Part shown: positions 21,201 through 31,608 of the stretch, piece by piece
Layout: each line of letters starts with the position of its first letter
Numbering within the stretch: the stretch's first letter is position 1
Notes under the pieces: model-generated
The model's database searches: none
The model's input: the letters and a program-made list of their open reading frames with translations, nothing else
What the model was told of the DNA's origin: nothing
Position numbers and translations under genes: made by a program
Assembly (NCBI GenBank): GCA_945877035.1
Contig: CAMCQH010000006.1
Span: forward strand, 1 to 63,943
Origin: an uncultured Clostridium sp.
GTDB lineage: Bacteria; Bacillota; Clostridia; TANB77; CAG-508
DNA: 63,943 nt
Direction of reading: 5' to 3'

Positions 21201-24200
21201 AAGAAAAGCAACCCAAAGAGATATTAACACAAAAAGAACAAGAATATGTTTTAGAAATAGGAAGAAAAACTTGGAAATTTTTTGATAAATATTTAAACCC
21301 AGAAAATAATTATTTAATGCCAGATAATTATCAAGAAGACAGAAAAAACAAAATTGTAAGAAGAACATCATCAACAAATATTGGATTATCAATGCTAGCA
21401 GTTATTTCAGCACATGACTTGGGATATATAGATTTTGACAAAGCAATAGAAACATTAAAAAATATAATTTATACAATAGATAGTCTACAAAAATGGAATG
21501 GTCATTTATATAATTGGTATAACACAGAAACAAAAGAACCACTAATTCCTAGATATATATCAACAGTTGATAGTGGGAATTTTGTAGGATATCTCTATGT
21601 TGTAAAAACTTGGCTAGAAGAGAAGTCAGATGTCGGAGGTCAGAAAGAAGATGTCAGAGAGAAGATGTCAGAAGATAGAAGTCCGACTTCCGACTTCCGA
21701 CCTCCGACCTCTGAATTACAAATCCTAATAGAAATTGTAAAGAGGCTAATCACAAACACCGACTTTTCAAAACTATATCTAAAACAACAACAAATATTCT
21801 CAATTGGCTTCAATATAGAAGAAAACAAACTAACAAATTCATATTATGACTTATTAGCATCAGAAGCAAGACAAGCAAGCCTAATTGCAATTGCAAAAAA
21901 AGATGTGCCAGTAAAACATTGGAATTCTTTAAGTAGGACGCTAACAACACTTGGAAAATATAAAGGGCTAATATCTTGGTCTGGAACTTCATTTGAATAT
22001 TTAATGCCAAATATAAACATTCCAAAATATAAGGGAAGCCTTTTAGATGAATCTTGTAAATTTATGATTATGAGTCAAATGGAATATGCAAAAAAATTGC
22101 AAATACCATGGGGAATATCAGAAGCGGCATTTAATTTAAAAGACTTACACTCAAATTACCAATATAAAGCCTTTGGAATTCCGTGGCTTGGACTAAAAAG
22201 AGGGTTAGCAGATGAAATGGTAGTAGCGCCATATGGAAGTGTTTTAGCAATAACAGATTACCCAAAAGAAGTATATCAAAACTTAAAAAGACTTGAACAA
22301 TATGGAATGAACGGAAAATATGGATTTTATGAATCAATAGACTTCACACCAGAAAGACTGGAAAAAGGAAAAAAATCAAGTGTTGTAAAAACATATATGG
22401 CACATCATCAAGGATTAATATTGTTATCAATAAACAATTTATTCAATGATAATATTTTACAAAAAAGATTTACAAAAAATCCAGAAATAAGCGCAGTAAG
22501 CATATTATTACAAGAAAGAATGCCAGAAACTGCAATAATTACAAAGGAAAATAAAGAAAAGGTTGAAAAACTAAAATATGTAGATTATGAAGATTATATA
22601 AAAGACACATATAAAAAGGTTGATGAAAGATTAATTAGAGGAAATGTAATCAGTAATGAAGATTATCTTGTAGCAATGAACCAAAAAGGAGAAGGGGTAA
22701 GCATATACAAAAATAAATTTATCAACAGATTTAAAAGCACGGATGATTACCCACAAGGAATATTTTTTGATATAAAAAATATCAAATCGAAAAAAACATG
22801 GACTTCAAATTATAAGCCAAATAACAAATATCAAATTAGTTTTATGCCAGATAAAATAGAGCAAGAAATGGTAAATGACAATATAAAAACAAAAATAGAA
22901 ACAATAGTAGCACCAGATGAGCCTGTTGAAGTAAGACAAGTAACATTAGAAAATATAGGAAATGAAGAGGAAATACTAGAAATAACATCATATTTTGAGC
23001 CAGTACTTTCAAGGAAAGAGCAAGACTATGCGCACCCAGCATTTAATGATTTATTCTTAATGTTCGATTTTGACCATGAAACAAATAGTATAGTTGTAAA
23101 AAGGAAAAAAAGAGATGAACATGAAGAAGAAATATATATGTGTGCAAACTTATCCACACAAAATGAAATAATTGGGGATTTAGAATATGAAATTGATGAA
23201 GAAAAGTTTATTGGAAGAGGAAATATTGGGACACCACAAATGGTTAAAAACTCAAATCCATTTTCTAAAAAAATAGGATTAGTTACAGAGCCAGTAGTGG
23301 CACTAAAAAGAACAATGAAAGTAAAGCCAAACCAAAAAGCAACAATAAATTTAATAATTTCAGTAGGAGAAGATAAAGAAAAAGTAATTGAAAATATTAA
23401 AAAATATAAAACAGAAGAAAATATACAAAAAGCATTTGAATTATCAAAAGCAACAAATGAGGCGCAAAGTAGATATTTAAGAGTAAAAGGAACACAAATA
23501 AGAAATTATCAAAAAATATTATCTTATATAGTATTTGGTAATCCAACTAAAAAAATAAATTTAGATAAATTACCAAAAAGAAAATATGAACAAAGTGAAC
23601 TATGGAAATATGGAATTTCAGGAGATTTACCAATAATTTTAGTTAAGATAAAAAACATAAATGAAGCATATGTAGTAAAAGAAGTTTTAAAAGCTTATGA
23701 ATTTATAAGAACTAAAAACTTTGAAGTAGAACTTGTGATTATAGATGAAGAAAAACACAGCTATGAAAATTATGTAAGAGAAGAAATAGAAGGACTAATT
23801 TTAAACAGTCAAATGGCATATTTAAAAAATATAAGAGGCGGAATATTTGAACTTTCTAAAAACGAAATAAGCAAAGAAGATTTAGAATTACTAGAATTTG
23901 TAGCGAAAGTAATTATTGATAGTAGCAAAGGCGGATTAGAAAATGCACTTAAAGATTTAGAAGAAGAATATTTAGAAAAATATAAAAGTGTTGGAAACGA
24001 AACAGAAAATATATTAATAGAAACCGAAAATATTGATAATATAGACATTTTACAAAACACAGAAAAACTAAAATATTATAATGAATATGGAGCATTTTCA
24101 GAAGATGGAAAAGAATATCTAATAAAAGCAAACAGAGAAAATAGACTTCCAACAGTATGGTCACATATTATGGCAAACGAAAAATTTGGAACATTAGTAA

Positions 24201-26119
24201 CAGAAAATATGGGTGGTTATACATGGTATAAAAACTGTAGATTAAATAGACTAACCTCATGGGAAAATCAGCCAAACTATGACATTCCATCAGAAATAAT
24301 ATATCTAAAAGATTTAGAGACAAAAAGGGCTTGGTCACTTGGACTAAACCCTATGCCAGACGACAAAAATTATAATGTCGTTTACGGATTTGGATATACA
24401 AAATATATTCACAAAAGTGATGAAATAGAACAAGAATTAGAAATGTTTGTACCAAAAGAAGATAGTGTTAAAATAGGAATTTTAAAACTTAAAAATATGA
24501 GTTTAAGCAGAAAAAAACTAAAAATATTATATTATATGAAGCCAGTATTAGGAGAAGATGAATTAAAAACTGATGGTTATATAAATCTAAATTATGACAA
24601 AAACAATAATATAATTTGTGCCCAAAATCTATACAATAGTGATTTCAAAAATGATGTTATTTATGTATCAAATAGTGAAAAAATAAAAAACTATACAGGA
24701 GATAAAAAATTCTTTTTAGGAAGCGGAAATCTGTCAAATCCAGACGCAATAAGAAAACCAAATCTAAATAATGAAAATAGTTTAGGTAAAAAGCCATGTA
24801 TAGCATATGAAATTGAAGTAGAACTTGAAAGTTTATCAGAAAAAGAAATTATATTTATGCTAGGAGCGGAAGAATCAATTATTGATAGTAAAAATATAGC
24901 TTATAAATATAGTAAAATTCAAAATTGTAAACAAGAATTAGAAAATGTAAAGAACTACTGGAGAAACTTGCTAGGAAGACTGCAAGTATATACACCATTA
25001 GAATCAATGAATATTATTTTAAACGGATGGGATATTTACCAAACAATACAAAGTAGATTACTTGCAAAAACAGGATATTATCAATCAGGAGGAGCATATG
25101 GATTTAGAGACCAATTACAAGATACTTTAGGATTAAAATATATAAATCCAGAAATTCTAAAAAATCAAATTATAAAACACAGTAAACATCAATTTTTAGA
25201 AGGAGATGTAGAACACTGGTGGCACGAAGAAACTGGAAGAGGAATAAGAACAAAATTCTCAGATGACTTGTTGTGGCTTGTATATCTAACTTGCGAATAT
25301 ATCGAATTTACAGGAGATTATTCAATATTAGAAGAAAAAACACCATATTTAACAGGTGAAGTTTTAAAAGAAAATGAAGATGAAAGGTATGATAAATTTG
25401 ATTTTACAAAAGAAGAAGGAACAATATATGAACATTGTATAAAAGCAATAGAAAGAAGCTTAAACTTTGGAGAAAACGGCTTGCCTAAAATAGGAAGCGG
25501 AGACTGGAACGATGGCTTTAGCAAAGTTGGACCTAAGGGAAGAGGAGAGAGTGTATGGCTAGGATTTTTCTTGTATAATATACTTGATAGATTTATAAAG
25601 ATAATTAGAGAAGTAGAGATTAGAGGTAAGATGTTAGAAGTCCAACCTCCAACATCTAATCTCCAACTTCCAACCTCTAACTTCCAACCTCTAACCTCCA
25701 AAATAGAAAAATATGAATCGATAATGCAACAATTAAAAAAAGCACTAAACTCCAATGGCTGGGATGGCAGATGGTTTAAAAGAGCATTTATGGATGATGG
25801 AAATACACTTGGAAGCATGGCAAATGATGAATGTAGAATAGACAGCATTGCACAAAGTTGGAGCACAATATCAAATGCAGGAGATAATGATAAAAAATAT
25901 ATATCAATGGAAAGCTTGGAAAATCACTTAATAGATAGAGAAAATGGAATAATAAAATTATTAGATCCACCATTTGAAAAAGGAAAGTTAGAGCCAGGAT
26001 ATATAAAATCATATTTACCAGGTGTAAGAGAAAATGGAGGACAATACACACATGTGTGTTGTGCTTATGGACAGTTTTATAAAATATTGATACTCTTAAA
26101 ATACATATTTAAAAATTAA
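18281..26119 (+). CDS. Giant NdvB/cyclic beta-1,2-glucan synthase-like GT84-GH94 protein, 5' part (interrupted at 26054)
   Basis: WLLDNFY, GWERKRG, SHDLLEG, RWIRGDWQ, YYDLLASEAR, YQSGGAYGFRDQLQD, GDWNDG, ENGGQYTH, then element-derived tail. Confidence 0.88.
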   Translation: MKENRKLKITGTMLEKAQLQKHLEKIASSQSITRKSQKDTYPVPGLIENFKTIEEVYNLLNEHLKLGINIHPAGEWLLDNFYIIEETVKQIQKELPLKKYINFVGIANGEYKGFARIYVLASEIVAYSDDKIEKENLSDYLESYQNKKTLSMDEIWNIGIFLQIAIIENITECCSKIYSSQIQKYRAESIAEKLIEGKDKNQSKYKNNIKKVERNIFQDMKYPFIEYMSYILKRYGKKANAYLNALEEVVEKLGTTVSDVIKKEHFEIAVNKVLMGNSITSIKEIQRINFLEIFEKINGVEEILKKDPAQVYSKMDYKTKDYYRGKIKEISKKTKISEIYIARKMLELAEENFEKEGENKKSHIGYYLIDKGINKLYDKLEYNTKRKETEQNKTKIYILSVTILSIVLSILLSYFLNLKIQNTGISILSFILFLIPSSEVIIQIIQYILNKTVKPKLIPKIDFSSGIDKENATFVVIPTVLKNKEKVAEMMENLEKYYLANKSENLYFALLGDCSQSSLKQEKFDEEVIQEGIKQVEKLNKKYPNESLPIFSFIYRERQWNEKENCYLGWERKRGLLNQFNEYILQQKNPFKINTIQDHIENEQTKQILKNIKYVITLDADTDLILNSAQELVGAMAHILNKPVIDEQKNIVVEGYGIMQPRVGIELDVSYKTLFTKIFAGAGGIDSYTNAISDIYQDNFKEGIFTGKGIYDLKVFSKVMENAIPENTVLSHDLLEGCYLRCGLVSDVMLMDGYPTKYTSFMNRLSRWIRGDWQIIRWLGHKSPLNLLSKYKIFDNLRRSLFEISILVALIYINISRSVFDIDILGIDTLLILIEITPYILELFNYLIAKKDGEEKQKTFTPQISGLKGIFLRAIISLGCMPYKAYTALKSIVKTIYRLLITHKNLLEWTTSEEAEKLGKTDFISYYKNMFINVIAGIISFIIYSQDKSIIALLLGILWLIAPAIMWYISKENEEKQPKEILTQKEQEYVLEIGRKTWKFFDKYLNPENNYLMPDNYQEDRKNKIVRRTSSTNIGLSMLAVISAHDLGYIDFDKAIETLKNIIYTIDSLQKWNGHLYNWYNTETKEPLIPRYISTVDSGNFVGYLYVVKTWLEEKSDVGGQKEDVREKMSEDRSPTSDFRPPTSELQILIEIVKRLITNTDFSKLYLKQQQIFSIGFNIEENKLTNSYYDLLASEARQASLIAIAKKDVPVKHWNSLSRTLTTLGKYKGLISWSGTSFEYLMPNINIPKYKGSLLDESCKFMIMSQMEYAKKLQIPWGISEAAFNLKDLHSNYQYKAFGIPWLGLKRGLADEMVVAPYGSVLAITDYPKEVYQNLKRLEQYGMNGKYGFYESIDFTPERLEKGKKSSVVKTYMAHHQGLILLSINNLFNDNILQKRFTKNPEISAVSILLQERMPETAIITKENKEKVEKLKYVDYEDYIKDTYKKVDERLIRGNVISNEDYLVAMNQKGEGVSIYKNKFINRFKSTDDYPQGIFFDIKNIKSKKTWTSNYKPNNKYQISFMPDKIEQEMVNDNIKTKIETIVAPDEPVEVRQVTLENIGNEEEILEITSYFEPVLSRKEQDYAHPAFNDLFLMFDFDHETNSIVVKRKKRDEHEEEIYMCANLSTQNEIIGDLEYEIDEEKFIGRGNIGTPQMVKNSNPFSKKIGLVTEPVVALKRTMKVKPNQKATINLIISVGEDKEKVIENIKKYKTEENIQKAFELSKATNEAQSRYLRVKGTQIRNYQKILSYIVFGNPTKKINLDKLPKRKYEQSELWKYGISGDLPIILVKIKNINEAYVVKEVLKAYEFIRTKNFEVELVIIDEEKHSYENYVREEIEGLILNSQMAYLKNIRGGIFELSKNEISKEDLELLEFVAKVIIDSSKGGLENALKDLEEEYLEKYKSVGNETENILIETENIDNIDILQNTEKLKYYNEYGAFSEDGKEYLIKANRENRLPTVWSHIMANEKFGTLVTENMGGYTWYKNCRLNRLTSWENQPNYDIPSEIIYLKDLETKRAWSLGLNPMPDDKNYNVVYGFGYTKYIHKSDEIEQELEMFVPKEDSVKIGILKLKNMSLSRKKLKILYYMKPVLGEDELKTDGYINLNYDKNNNIICAQNLYNSDFKNDVIYVSNSEKIKNYTGDKKFFLGSGNLSNPDAIRKPNLNNENSLGKKPCIAYEIEVELESLSEKEIIFMLGAEESIIDSKNIAYKYSKIQNCKQELENVKNYWRNLLGRLQVYTPLESMNIILNGWDIYQTIQSRLLAKTGYYQSGGAYGFRDQLQDTLGLKYINPEILKNQIIKHSKHQFLEGDVEHWWHEETGRGIRTKFSDDLLWLVYLTCEYIEFTGDYSILEEKTPYLTGEVLKENEDERYDKFDFTKEEGTIYEHCIKAIERSLNFGENGLPKIGSGDWNDGFSKVGPKGRGESVWLGFFLYNILDRFIKIIREVEIRGKMLEVQPPTSNLQLPTSNFQPLTSKIEKYESIMQQLKKALNSNGWDGRWFKRAFMDDGNTLGSMANDECRIDSIAQSWSTISNAGDNDKKYISMESLENHLIDRENGIIKLLDPPFEKGKLEPGYIKSYLPGVRENGGQYTHVCCAYGQFYKILILLKYIFKN
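21621..21713. repeat. Heptamer-based inverted repeat inserted in frame in the GH94 gene
   Basis: AGAAGTC/GGAGGTC-type units followed by CCGACTT/CCGACCT units; encodes KSDVGGQK...PTSDFRPPTSE. Confidence 0.75.
25606..25700. repeat. Heptamer-based inverted repeat inserted in frame in the GH94 gene
   Basis: TAGAGGT-type units then ~8 CCAACCT/CTAACTT-type units; encodes QPPTSNLQLPTSNFQPLTS. Confidence 0.75.
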
Positions 26120-26135
26120 ATTATTAAAAGTACAC

Positions 26136-26246
26136 TGAATATTTTTTCCGTAACGGAAAAAATATTCAACGAAAGTATTGAAAAAAAGTTTGAATTGTAA
26201 TATAATAGTATTGAATAAAAAATCCGTAAACGAAAAAAATATTCAA
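26136..26246. promoter_or_regulatory. Promoter with two palindromic operators upstream of AAA ATPase
   Basis: Perfect IR TGAATATTTTTTCCGT-A-ACGGAAAAAATATTCA at 26136-26168; TTGAAA 26178, 17 bp, TATAAT 26201; degenerate copy at 26211-26246. Confidence 0.7.
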
Positions 26247-26260
26247 TGAGGAGGCTGGCT

Positions 26261-27502
26261 ATGAAAGAAATAAAAAGAGATGTATATCTAAATAAAATTA
26301 TTGAGAAAAGAGAAAATGGTTTAATAAAAATAATTACAGGTATAAGAAGATGCGGAAAATCATATTTATTAGATCCATTATTTAAAAATTATTTACTTGA
26401 AAGTGGAGTTAAGGAAGACCATATAATAAAATTAGACTTAGATGAAAGAAAAAATAATAAATTTTTAGACCCAGACCAATTAGATCAATACATTAGAGAT
26501 TTGATTAAAGATAATGACCAATATTTTTTGATATTAGATGAAATACAAAAAGTTGAAGATTTTGAATCAGTGCTTAATGGCTTTTTACATATTCGTAATT
26601 TAGATGTATATGTAACAGGAAGTAACTCCAAGTTTTTGTCTTCAGATATAATAACTGAATTTAGAGGCAGAGGAGATGAAGTAAGAATACATCCACTTAG
26701 TTTTAGTGAATTTTATTCGGCTTTTAATGGAACTAAAGAAGAAGCATGGGAACAATATATTGTATATGGTGGATTACCTAGAATACTTTCATTTAAAAAA
26801 GAAGTAGAAAAAAGTGAATATTTAAAAAATTTATTTGAGAAAACATATTTAGACGATATTGTTGAAAGAAATAATGTTCAAAGAGTAGATGTATTAGATG
26901 CAGTTGTTAATATTTTAGCATCATCTATTGGATCATTAACTAATCCTAACAAACTATCAAATACTTTTGAAAGTAGTGGATTTAAAGATGTTTCGGTAAA
27001 TACAATAACATCATATATTAATTATTTACAAGACTCATTTTTAATAGAAAAAGCTACGAGATATGATGTTAAGGGAAAAAAATATATTCAGACACCGTAC
27101 AAATTTTATTTTTCAGATATTGGTTTAAGAAATTGTAGATTGAATTTTAGGCAACAAGAAGAAACTCATATAATGGAAAATATAATTTTTAATGAATTAT
27201 TATATAGAGGATATAATGTTGATGTAGGCGTTGTAGAAATTCGTGAAGGGGATGATAAAAAACAAGTTGAAGTAGATTTTGTGTGCAATCAATATAATAA
27301 AAGGTATTATATTCAATCAGCATTGAGTCTTCCTACACGAGAAAAAACAATACAAGAAGAAAGACCACTAATGAATATACCTGATAATTTTAAAAAAATT
27401 ATTGTTGTTAAAGATGATATTAAATCATGGATTTCAGAAGAAGGAATATCAATAGTGGGATTAAAAGAATTTTTGTTAAATCCTAATAGCATGGATTTAT
27501 AG
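26261..27502 (+). CDS. AAA+ ATPase (AAA_14 + DUF4143-type)
   Basis: ITGIRRCGKS, LILDEIQ, YVTGSNS, KFYFSDIGLRN, EVDFV. Confidence 0.88.
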   Translation: MKEIKRDVYLNKIIEKRENGLIKIITGIRRCGKSYLLDPLFKNYLLESGVKEDHIIKLDLDERKNNKFLDPDQLDQYIRDLIKDNDQYFLILDEIQKVEDFESVLNGFLHIRNLDVYVTGSNSKFLSSDIITEFRGRGDEVRIHPLSFSEFYSAFNGTKEEAWEQYIVYGGLPRILSFKKEVEKSEYLKNLFEKTYLDDIVERNNVQRVDVLDAVVNILASSIGSLTNPNKLSNTFESSGFKDVSVNTITSYINYLQDSFLIEKATRYDVKGKKYIQTPYKFYFSDIGLRNCRLNFRQQEETHIMENIIFNELLYRGYNVDVGVVEIREGDDKKQVEVDFVCNQYNKRYYIQSALSLPTREKTIQEERPLMNIPDNFKKIIVVKDDIKSWISEEGISIVGLKEFLLNPNSMDL

Positions 27503-27525
27503 AAATATATATAGTATGAAATGGA

Positions 27526-29091
27526 GTGAAAACTTTGGAAATAAAAGAAATAGTAAAAGAATTAGAATATTATAACGAAGAATTGCCAAAGGAAGCATTA
27601 GAAAAAGCTATAGAATACAAAGAAGAGATGATTCCTGAATTACTTAAGATGCTTGAATATACAAAAGAAAATTTAGAAAATATCTTTAATGAAAAAGATG
27701 AATTTTATGGATATATTTATGCTTTTTTCTTATTAGCAGAGTTTAGAGAAAAAAGAGCATTTTCATATTTAATAGATTTAATAAATAAAGGTGAAGAATA
27801 TGTTGAATATATAATAGGGGACGATTATCCAGATTATTTGCATAGATTACTTGCAAGTTGTTATAATGGAGATGATGAAGCTCTATTTTCTATAATTGAA
27901 AATAAACAAAATAGCGAATTTATAAGAAGTAGTGTATTACAAACTTTTGCAATTTTATATTTGAATAATATTAAAAGCAGAGACTTTATTGTAAAGTACT
28001 TTAAAAAATTGCTTAATGAAAAAGAAGAAAATGATAATTCAGATTTATATGAAGAAATACTTAGAGAAGTAACAGATTTAAAATTAAAAGAATTAAAAAA
28101 TGATATTGAAAATTTATATTCTTTGATTGAAAACGAAGAAGAAAAGCAAGAATTAAAAGAAAGAATAGATGAAGATACTGAAATAAATAAGAATATATAT
28201 CCGATTAAACATTTTTACGAATATATATATAATGCTATAGAGATAATGGATGAGTGGGAATGTTTTTGCTATAAAGAAGATGAAGAATTTGAAGAATCGG
28301 ATGATTATAAAATATGTGATTATATAATTTTTAAAAGAGATGAAAATTGGATAGAAAAGAAAATAAATATAGGAAGAAATGATTTATGCTATTGTGGAAG
28401 TGGAAAAAAATATAAAAAATGTTGTATAAATAAAAAAAGTGACTTATTAAGAAAACAATTAAATTCTATTGATGAACATGTATGTAAAGCAACATGGTTA
28501 TATAACAAGGGTAAAAGCAAAAAAGCAAGTAGATTATATAGAATTGCATGGTTTGATGTTCAAGAAATATGCAAAGCATATAGTATAAAGAGTATTGATG
28601 AATATGATGATACATATAAAGGATATGATTGTTTATTAAATTGGATTCAGGATTATGATAGTATACTAGAAATGAGCAATGAAGAAGAAAAATTATATGA
28701 AAGAATTGAATTATGGAATAAAATAGAGGAAATCTTTGATATAAATGATGAAGAAAATGTATATTGGAGAGAAAGGGCAATCAGAGAAAAAGCAAATACT
28801 GAATTTAGATTAGGTAATGAAGAAAAAGCAACAAAAATAATTGAAGATTATTTGAAAGCAAAACCAGAATGGACATGGGGATATATAGAAATGGCAGACT
28901 GGTATAATTTTAAAAGAGACAAAAAACACTATAATTTAGAAAAGGCAAAAGAAATATTATTAAGGGCAGAGAATATAAAAGGAATAGAAGAAGTAGATGC
29001 TGTTTTAGAAAGATTATGGGATATTTATAAAGAATTAAATGATAAAGATAATGTTAAAATATATGCTATAAAAATGAATATGGAAGAATAA
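27526..29091 (+). CDS. DUF1186-like / SEC-C motif protein with TPR-like C-terminus
   Basis: YAFFLLAEFREKRAF; IGRNDLCYCGSGKKYKKCC. Confidence 0.75.
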   Translation: MKTLEIKEIVKELEYYNEELPKEALEKAIEYKEEMIPELLKMLEYTKENLENIFNEKDEFYGYIYAFFLLAEFREKRAFSYLIDLINKGEEYVEYIIGDDYPDYLHRLLASCYNGDDEALFSIIENKQNSEFIRSSVLQTFAILYLNNIKSRDFIVKYFKKLLNEKEENDNSDLYEEILREVTDLKLKELKNDIENLYSLIENEEEKQELKERIDEDTEINKNIYPIKHFYEYIYNAIEIMDEWECFCYKEDEEFEESDDYKICDYIIFKRDENWIEKKINIGRNDLCYCGSGKKYKKCCINKKSDLLRKQLNSIDEHVCKATWLYNKGKSKKASRLYRIAWFDVQEICKAYSIKSIDEYDDTYKGYDCLLNWIQDYDSILEMSNEEEKLYERIELWNKIEEIFDINDEENVYWRERAIREKANTEFRLGNEEKATKIIEDYLKAKPEWTWGYIEMADWYNFKRDKKHYNLEKAKEILLRAENIKGIEEVDAVLERLWDIYKELNDKDNVKIYAIKMNMEE

Positions 29092-29111
29092 GAATTTAAG
29101 GAGTAAATATC

Positions 29112-29513
29112 ATGATAAAGTTAGACAAAATAATAGATGGATTAGAAATGGTAGATAACATTACAGATTGTTATTATAATCCAGAAAAAGACGAAATATT
29201 TCTATCAAACATAGGAGAATATGAAGAATTAACAGAAGATGAAATAGACGAATTATTTGAGAAATCAATAATACTTCCAACACAATATGAAATAAATGAA
29301 TATCAAATTATGGTTGATTTTATAGAAACAATAGATAATCTAGAAATAAAGAATAATTTACAAAGATTAATACAAGGAAAAGGAGCTTTTAAAAGATTCA
29401 AGGACTGTTGTTTTGAAATGAATATAATTCAAGAGTGGTATAATTATAGAGATAAAAGATATAAAGAAATAGCAATTGAGTGGTGTGAACAAAATGATTT
29501 AAAATATAAGTAA
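29112..29513 (+). CDS. UPF0158 family protein
   Basis: LPTQYEINEYQIMVDF...IQGKGAFKRFKD...AIEWCEQN. Confidence 0.8.
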   Translation: MIKLDKIIDGLEMVDNITDCYYNPEKDEIFLSNIGEYEELTEDEIDELFEKSIILPTQYEINEYQIMVDFIETIDNLEIKNNLQRLIQGKGAFKRFKDCCFEMNIIQEWYNYRDKRYKEIAIEWCEQNDLKYK

Positions 29514-29690
29514 ATATAAAAATGTGAAACAAAAATAATAAAAAACAATATAAAAAAGTTCCACATTTGAGATAAGCCTTAAGAGTGAAATCTTAGGGTT
29601 TATTTTTTGCCCTAATTTATATTAAAAACAAATAAAAAAGTCTAAAAATCGATTGTGAAGCCAATAAAAAATGAAAGAAAGGAGAGTTAT

Positions 29691-30221
29691 ATGGGCAAGC
29701 AAAAATTAAAAGGATTATGGATTCCAGCAGAAATTTTATTAAATGCAGATTTATCAGATAAAGAAAAAATAGTATTATCTATGATTTTATATTTAAGTGA
29801 TGGAACAGGAAGTTGTTTTGCAAGTAATAAATATATAGCAAGTATTGTAAATGTAACCTCCGATAGAGTTTCAAAAATAGTAAGTTCGTTAAAAGATAAA
29901 GGATATGTAGATGTTAATTTAAAATATAAAATAGATACAAAAGAAATTGAGGAAAGACAAATTATACCTATTGCAGAAAATATTAATAGGTATAGTGAAA
30001 AATCCCTAAAGGGTATAGGTAAAAATAACTATTCAGGTAGTCAAAAACAACTACACCCTATAGGTGAAAACGACAAAGATATAATAAATAATATAAAAAA
30101 TAAAAATAATTATAATAAGGAATTACACATTAAAAAGAATAATAAAGCTAACTTTGAACAGCGAGATTATACAGGCTTTGACTTTACTAAATTATATGCA
30201 AATGCTGATGCTTTTTTATAA
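29691..30221 (+). CDS. HTH replication-initiator-like protein
   Basis: GLWIPAEILLNADLSDKEKI...CFASNKYIA...VSKIVSSLKDKGY; NFEQRDY C-terminus; directly upstream of oriT-like site and mob. Confidence 0.65.
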   Translation: MGKQKLKGLWIPAEILLNADLSDKEKIVLSMILYLSDGTGSCFASNKYIASIVNVTSDRVSKIVSSLKDKGYVDVNLKYKIDTKEIEERQIIPIAENINRYSEKSLKGIGKNNYSGSQKQLHPIGENDKDIINNIKNKNNYNKELHIKKNNKANFEQRDYTGFDFTKLYANADAFL

Positions 30222-30279
30222 GTACAACATTTGCATATTTTTTGAAAAAGGGGTGTGGGGAAAAATTTATTTTCCCTGC

Positions 30280-30330
30280 CACAACAAACACTTTTAGCGA
30301 TAGCAAAAAAGTGTTGTAGTTGTGTTACAA
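30280..30330. other. Putative MOB_V oriT
   Basis: IR caacaaacacttt/aaagtgttgtagttg followed by GTGTTAC, resembling the pMV158-type nick region; lies just upstream of the relaxase. Confidence 0.55.
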
Positions 30331-30420
30331 GACAAATGAGAAAGAGCAGAATTTTAGAAATGATATGTCTTATTAGTTAGCAAGTCGAAAAAGAATTTAT
30401 TTAAAGGAGGATGATGAAAA

Positions 30421-31608
30421 ATGAGCTATGCAATTATAAGAAACACAAAATACAAAAGAGAAAATTTAAAGGGAATATTTAGGCACAATGAAAGAAAAAA
30501 TAAAAATTATTCAAATGAAAATATAGATAAAGAAAAATCATATTTAAACTATTCTCTAAAATCTCCACAATATAGTTATGAAAAAAAATTTGACAGAATA
30601 AAAGAAAAATATAATTTAAAAGGACAAATAAAAACAGTAAGTAATATAGCTTGTGAATATATAATAACATCAGATCACGATTATTTTGAAAGAATAGGGG
30701 AAGAAGAAACAAAAAGGTATTTTGAAACTGCATACAAATTTGTAGCAGAATATAAAGAGTTAGGAGAACAGTATATAATGTCTGCAAAAGTGCATATGGA
30801 CGAACAAACGCCTCATATGCATTTAGTATTTTTACCAGTAGTTCACACACAAGATAAAAAAGGAAATGAAATTGACAAATTAGCTTGTAGCGAATTTTGG
30901 AAAGCAAAAGATAGTTACAGACAATTACAGGATGCTTTTTATAAGTATATGGTAGAAAATGGTTTTGACTTGCAAAGAGGTTTGCCAAAAGAAGAAACTA
31001 ATAGAGAGCATTATTCTGTTGAAGAATATAAGAAAATAACAAACTTTAAACAGACTAAAGAAATTTTAAATAATCTGAAATTAGAATTACCAGATATTCC
31101 AGATATAACAGACATAAATATAAACAGATTATCAAAGAAAAGAGATGAAAAAATTTTAGAAGAAATTATAAAACCAAAAGATAATGTGATTCAAAATTTG
31201 TATCAAGATAATATGAATTTGCATATGCAATTATCAAGACAAGCACAGGTTATAGAAGAAGCAGAAAAATACCAAAAAGAAAGAGAGAAAATAATAGCTG
31301 ATAATGAAAAATTGCATAATGAAGTAGATAATATTAAAGCAGAATATAATAAAAAAGAATTTGATATGGAATGGAAATATACTAATAAAATCAATAAACT
31401 AGAGAAAGAAAATAATTTTCTACACAAAGTAGTAGATAGATTTAAAGAAACTATTGATATATTTATAACTTGGATTTGCAAAAAGTTTGATATGGGTGCA
31501 GAAAATAATTTGATTAGAGATTTTGAACGAGAAAATAATATAATGTTAGATGCAGAAAAACAAATAAAACACGAAGAAAGAGAAAAAGATTTAGAGATGG
31601 AAAGGTAG
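30421..31608 (+). CDS. MobV/Pre family relaxase
   Basis: HNER...NENIDKEKSYLNY, VHMDEQTPHMHL, LQDAF...GFDLQRG. Confidence 0.9.
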   Translation: MSYAIIRNTKYKRENLKGIFRHNERKNKNYSNENIDKEKSYLNYSLKSPQYSYEKKFDRIKEKYNLKGQIKTVSNIACEYIITSDHDYFERIGEEETKRYFETAYKFVAEYKELGEQYIMSAKVHMDEQTPHMHLVFLPVVHTQDKKGNEIDKLACSEFWKAKDSYRQLQDAFYKYMVENGFDLQRGLPKEETNREHYSVEEYKKITNFKQTKEILNNLKLELPDIPDITDININRLSKKRDEKILEEIIKPKDNVIQNLYQDNMNLHMQLSRQAQVIEEAEKYQKEREKIIADNEKLHNEVDNIKAEYNKKEFDMEWKYTNKINKLEKENNFLHKVVDRFKETIDIFITWICKKFDMGAENNLIRDFERENNIMLDAEKQIKHEEREKDLEMER

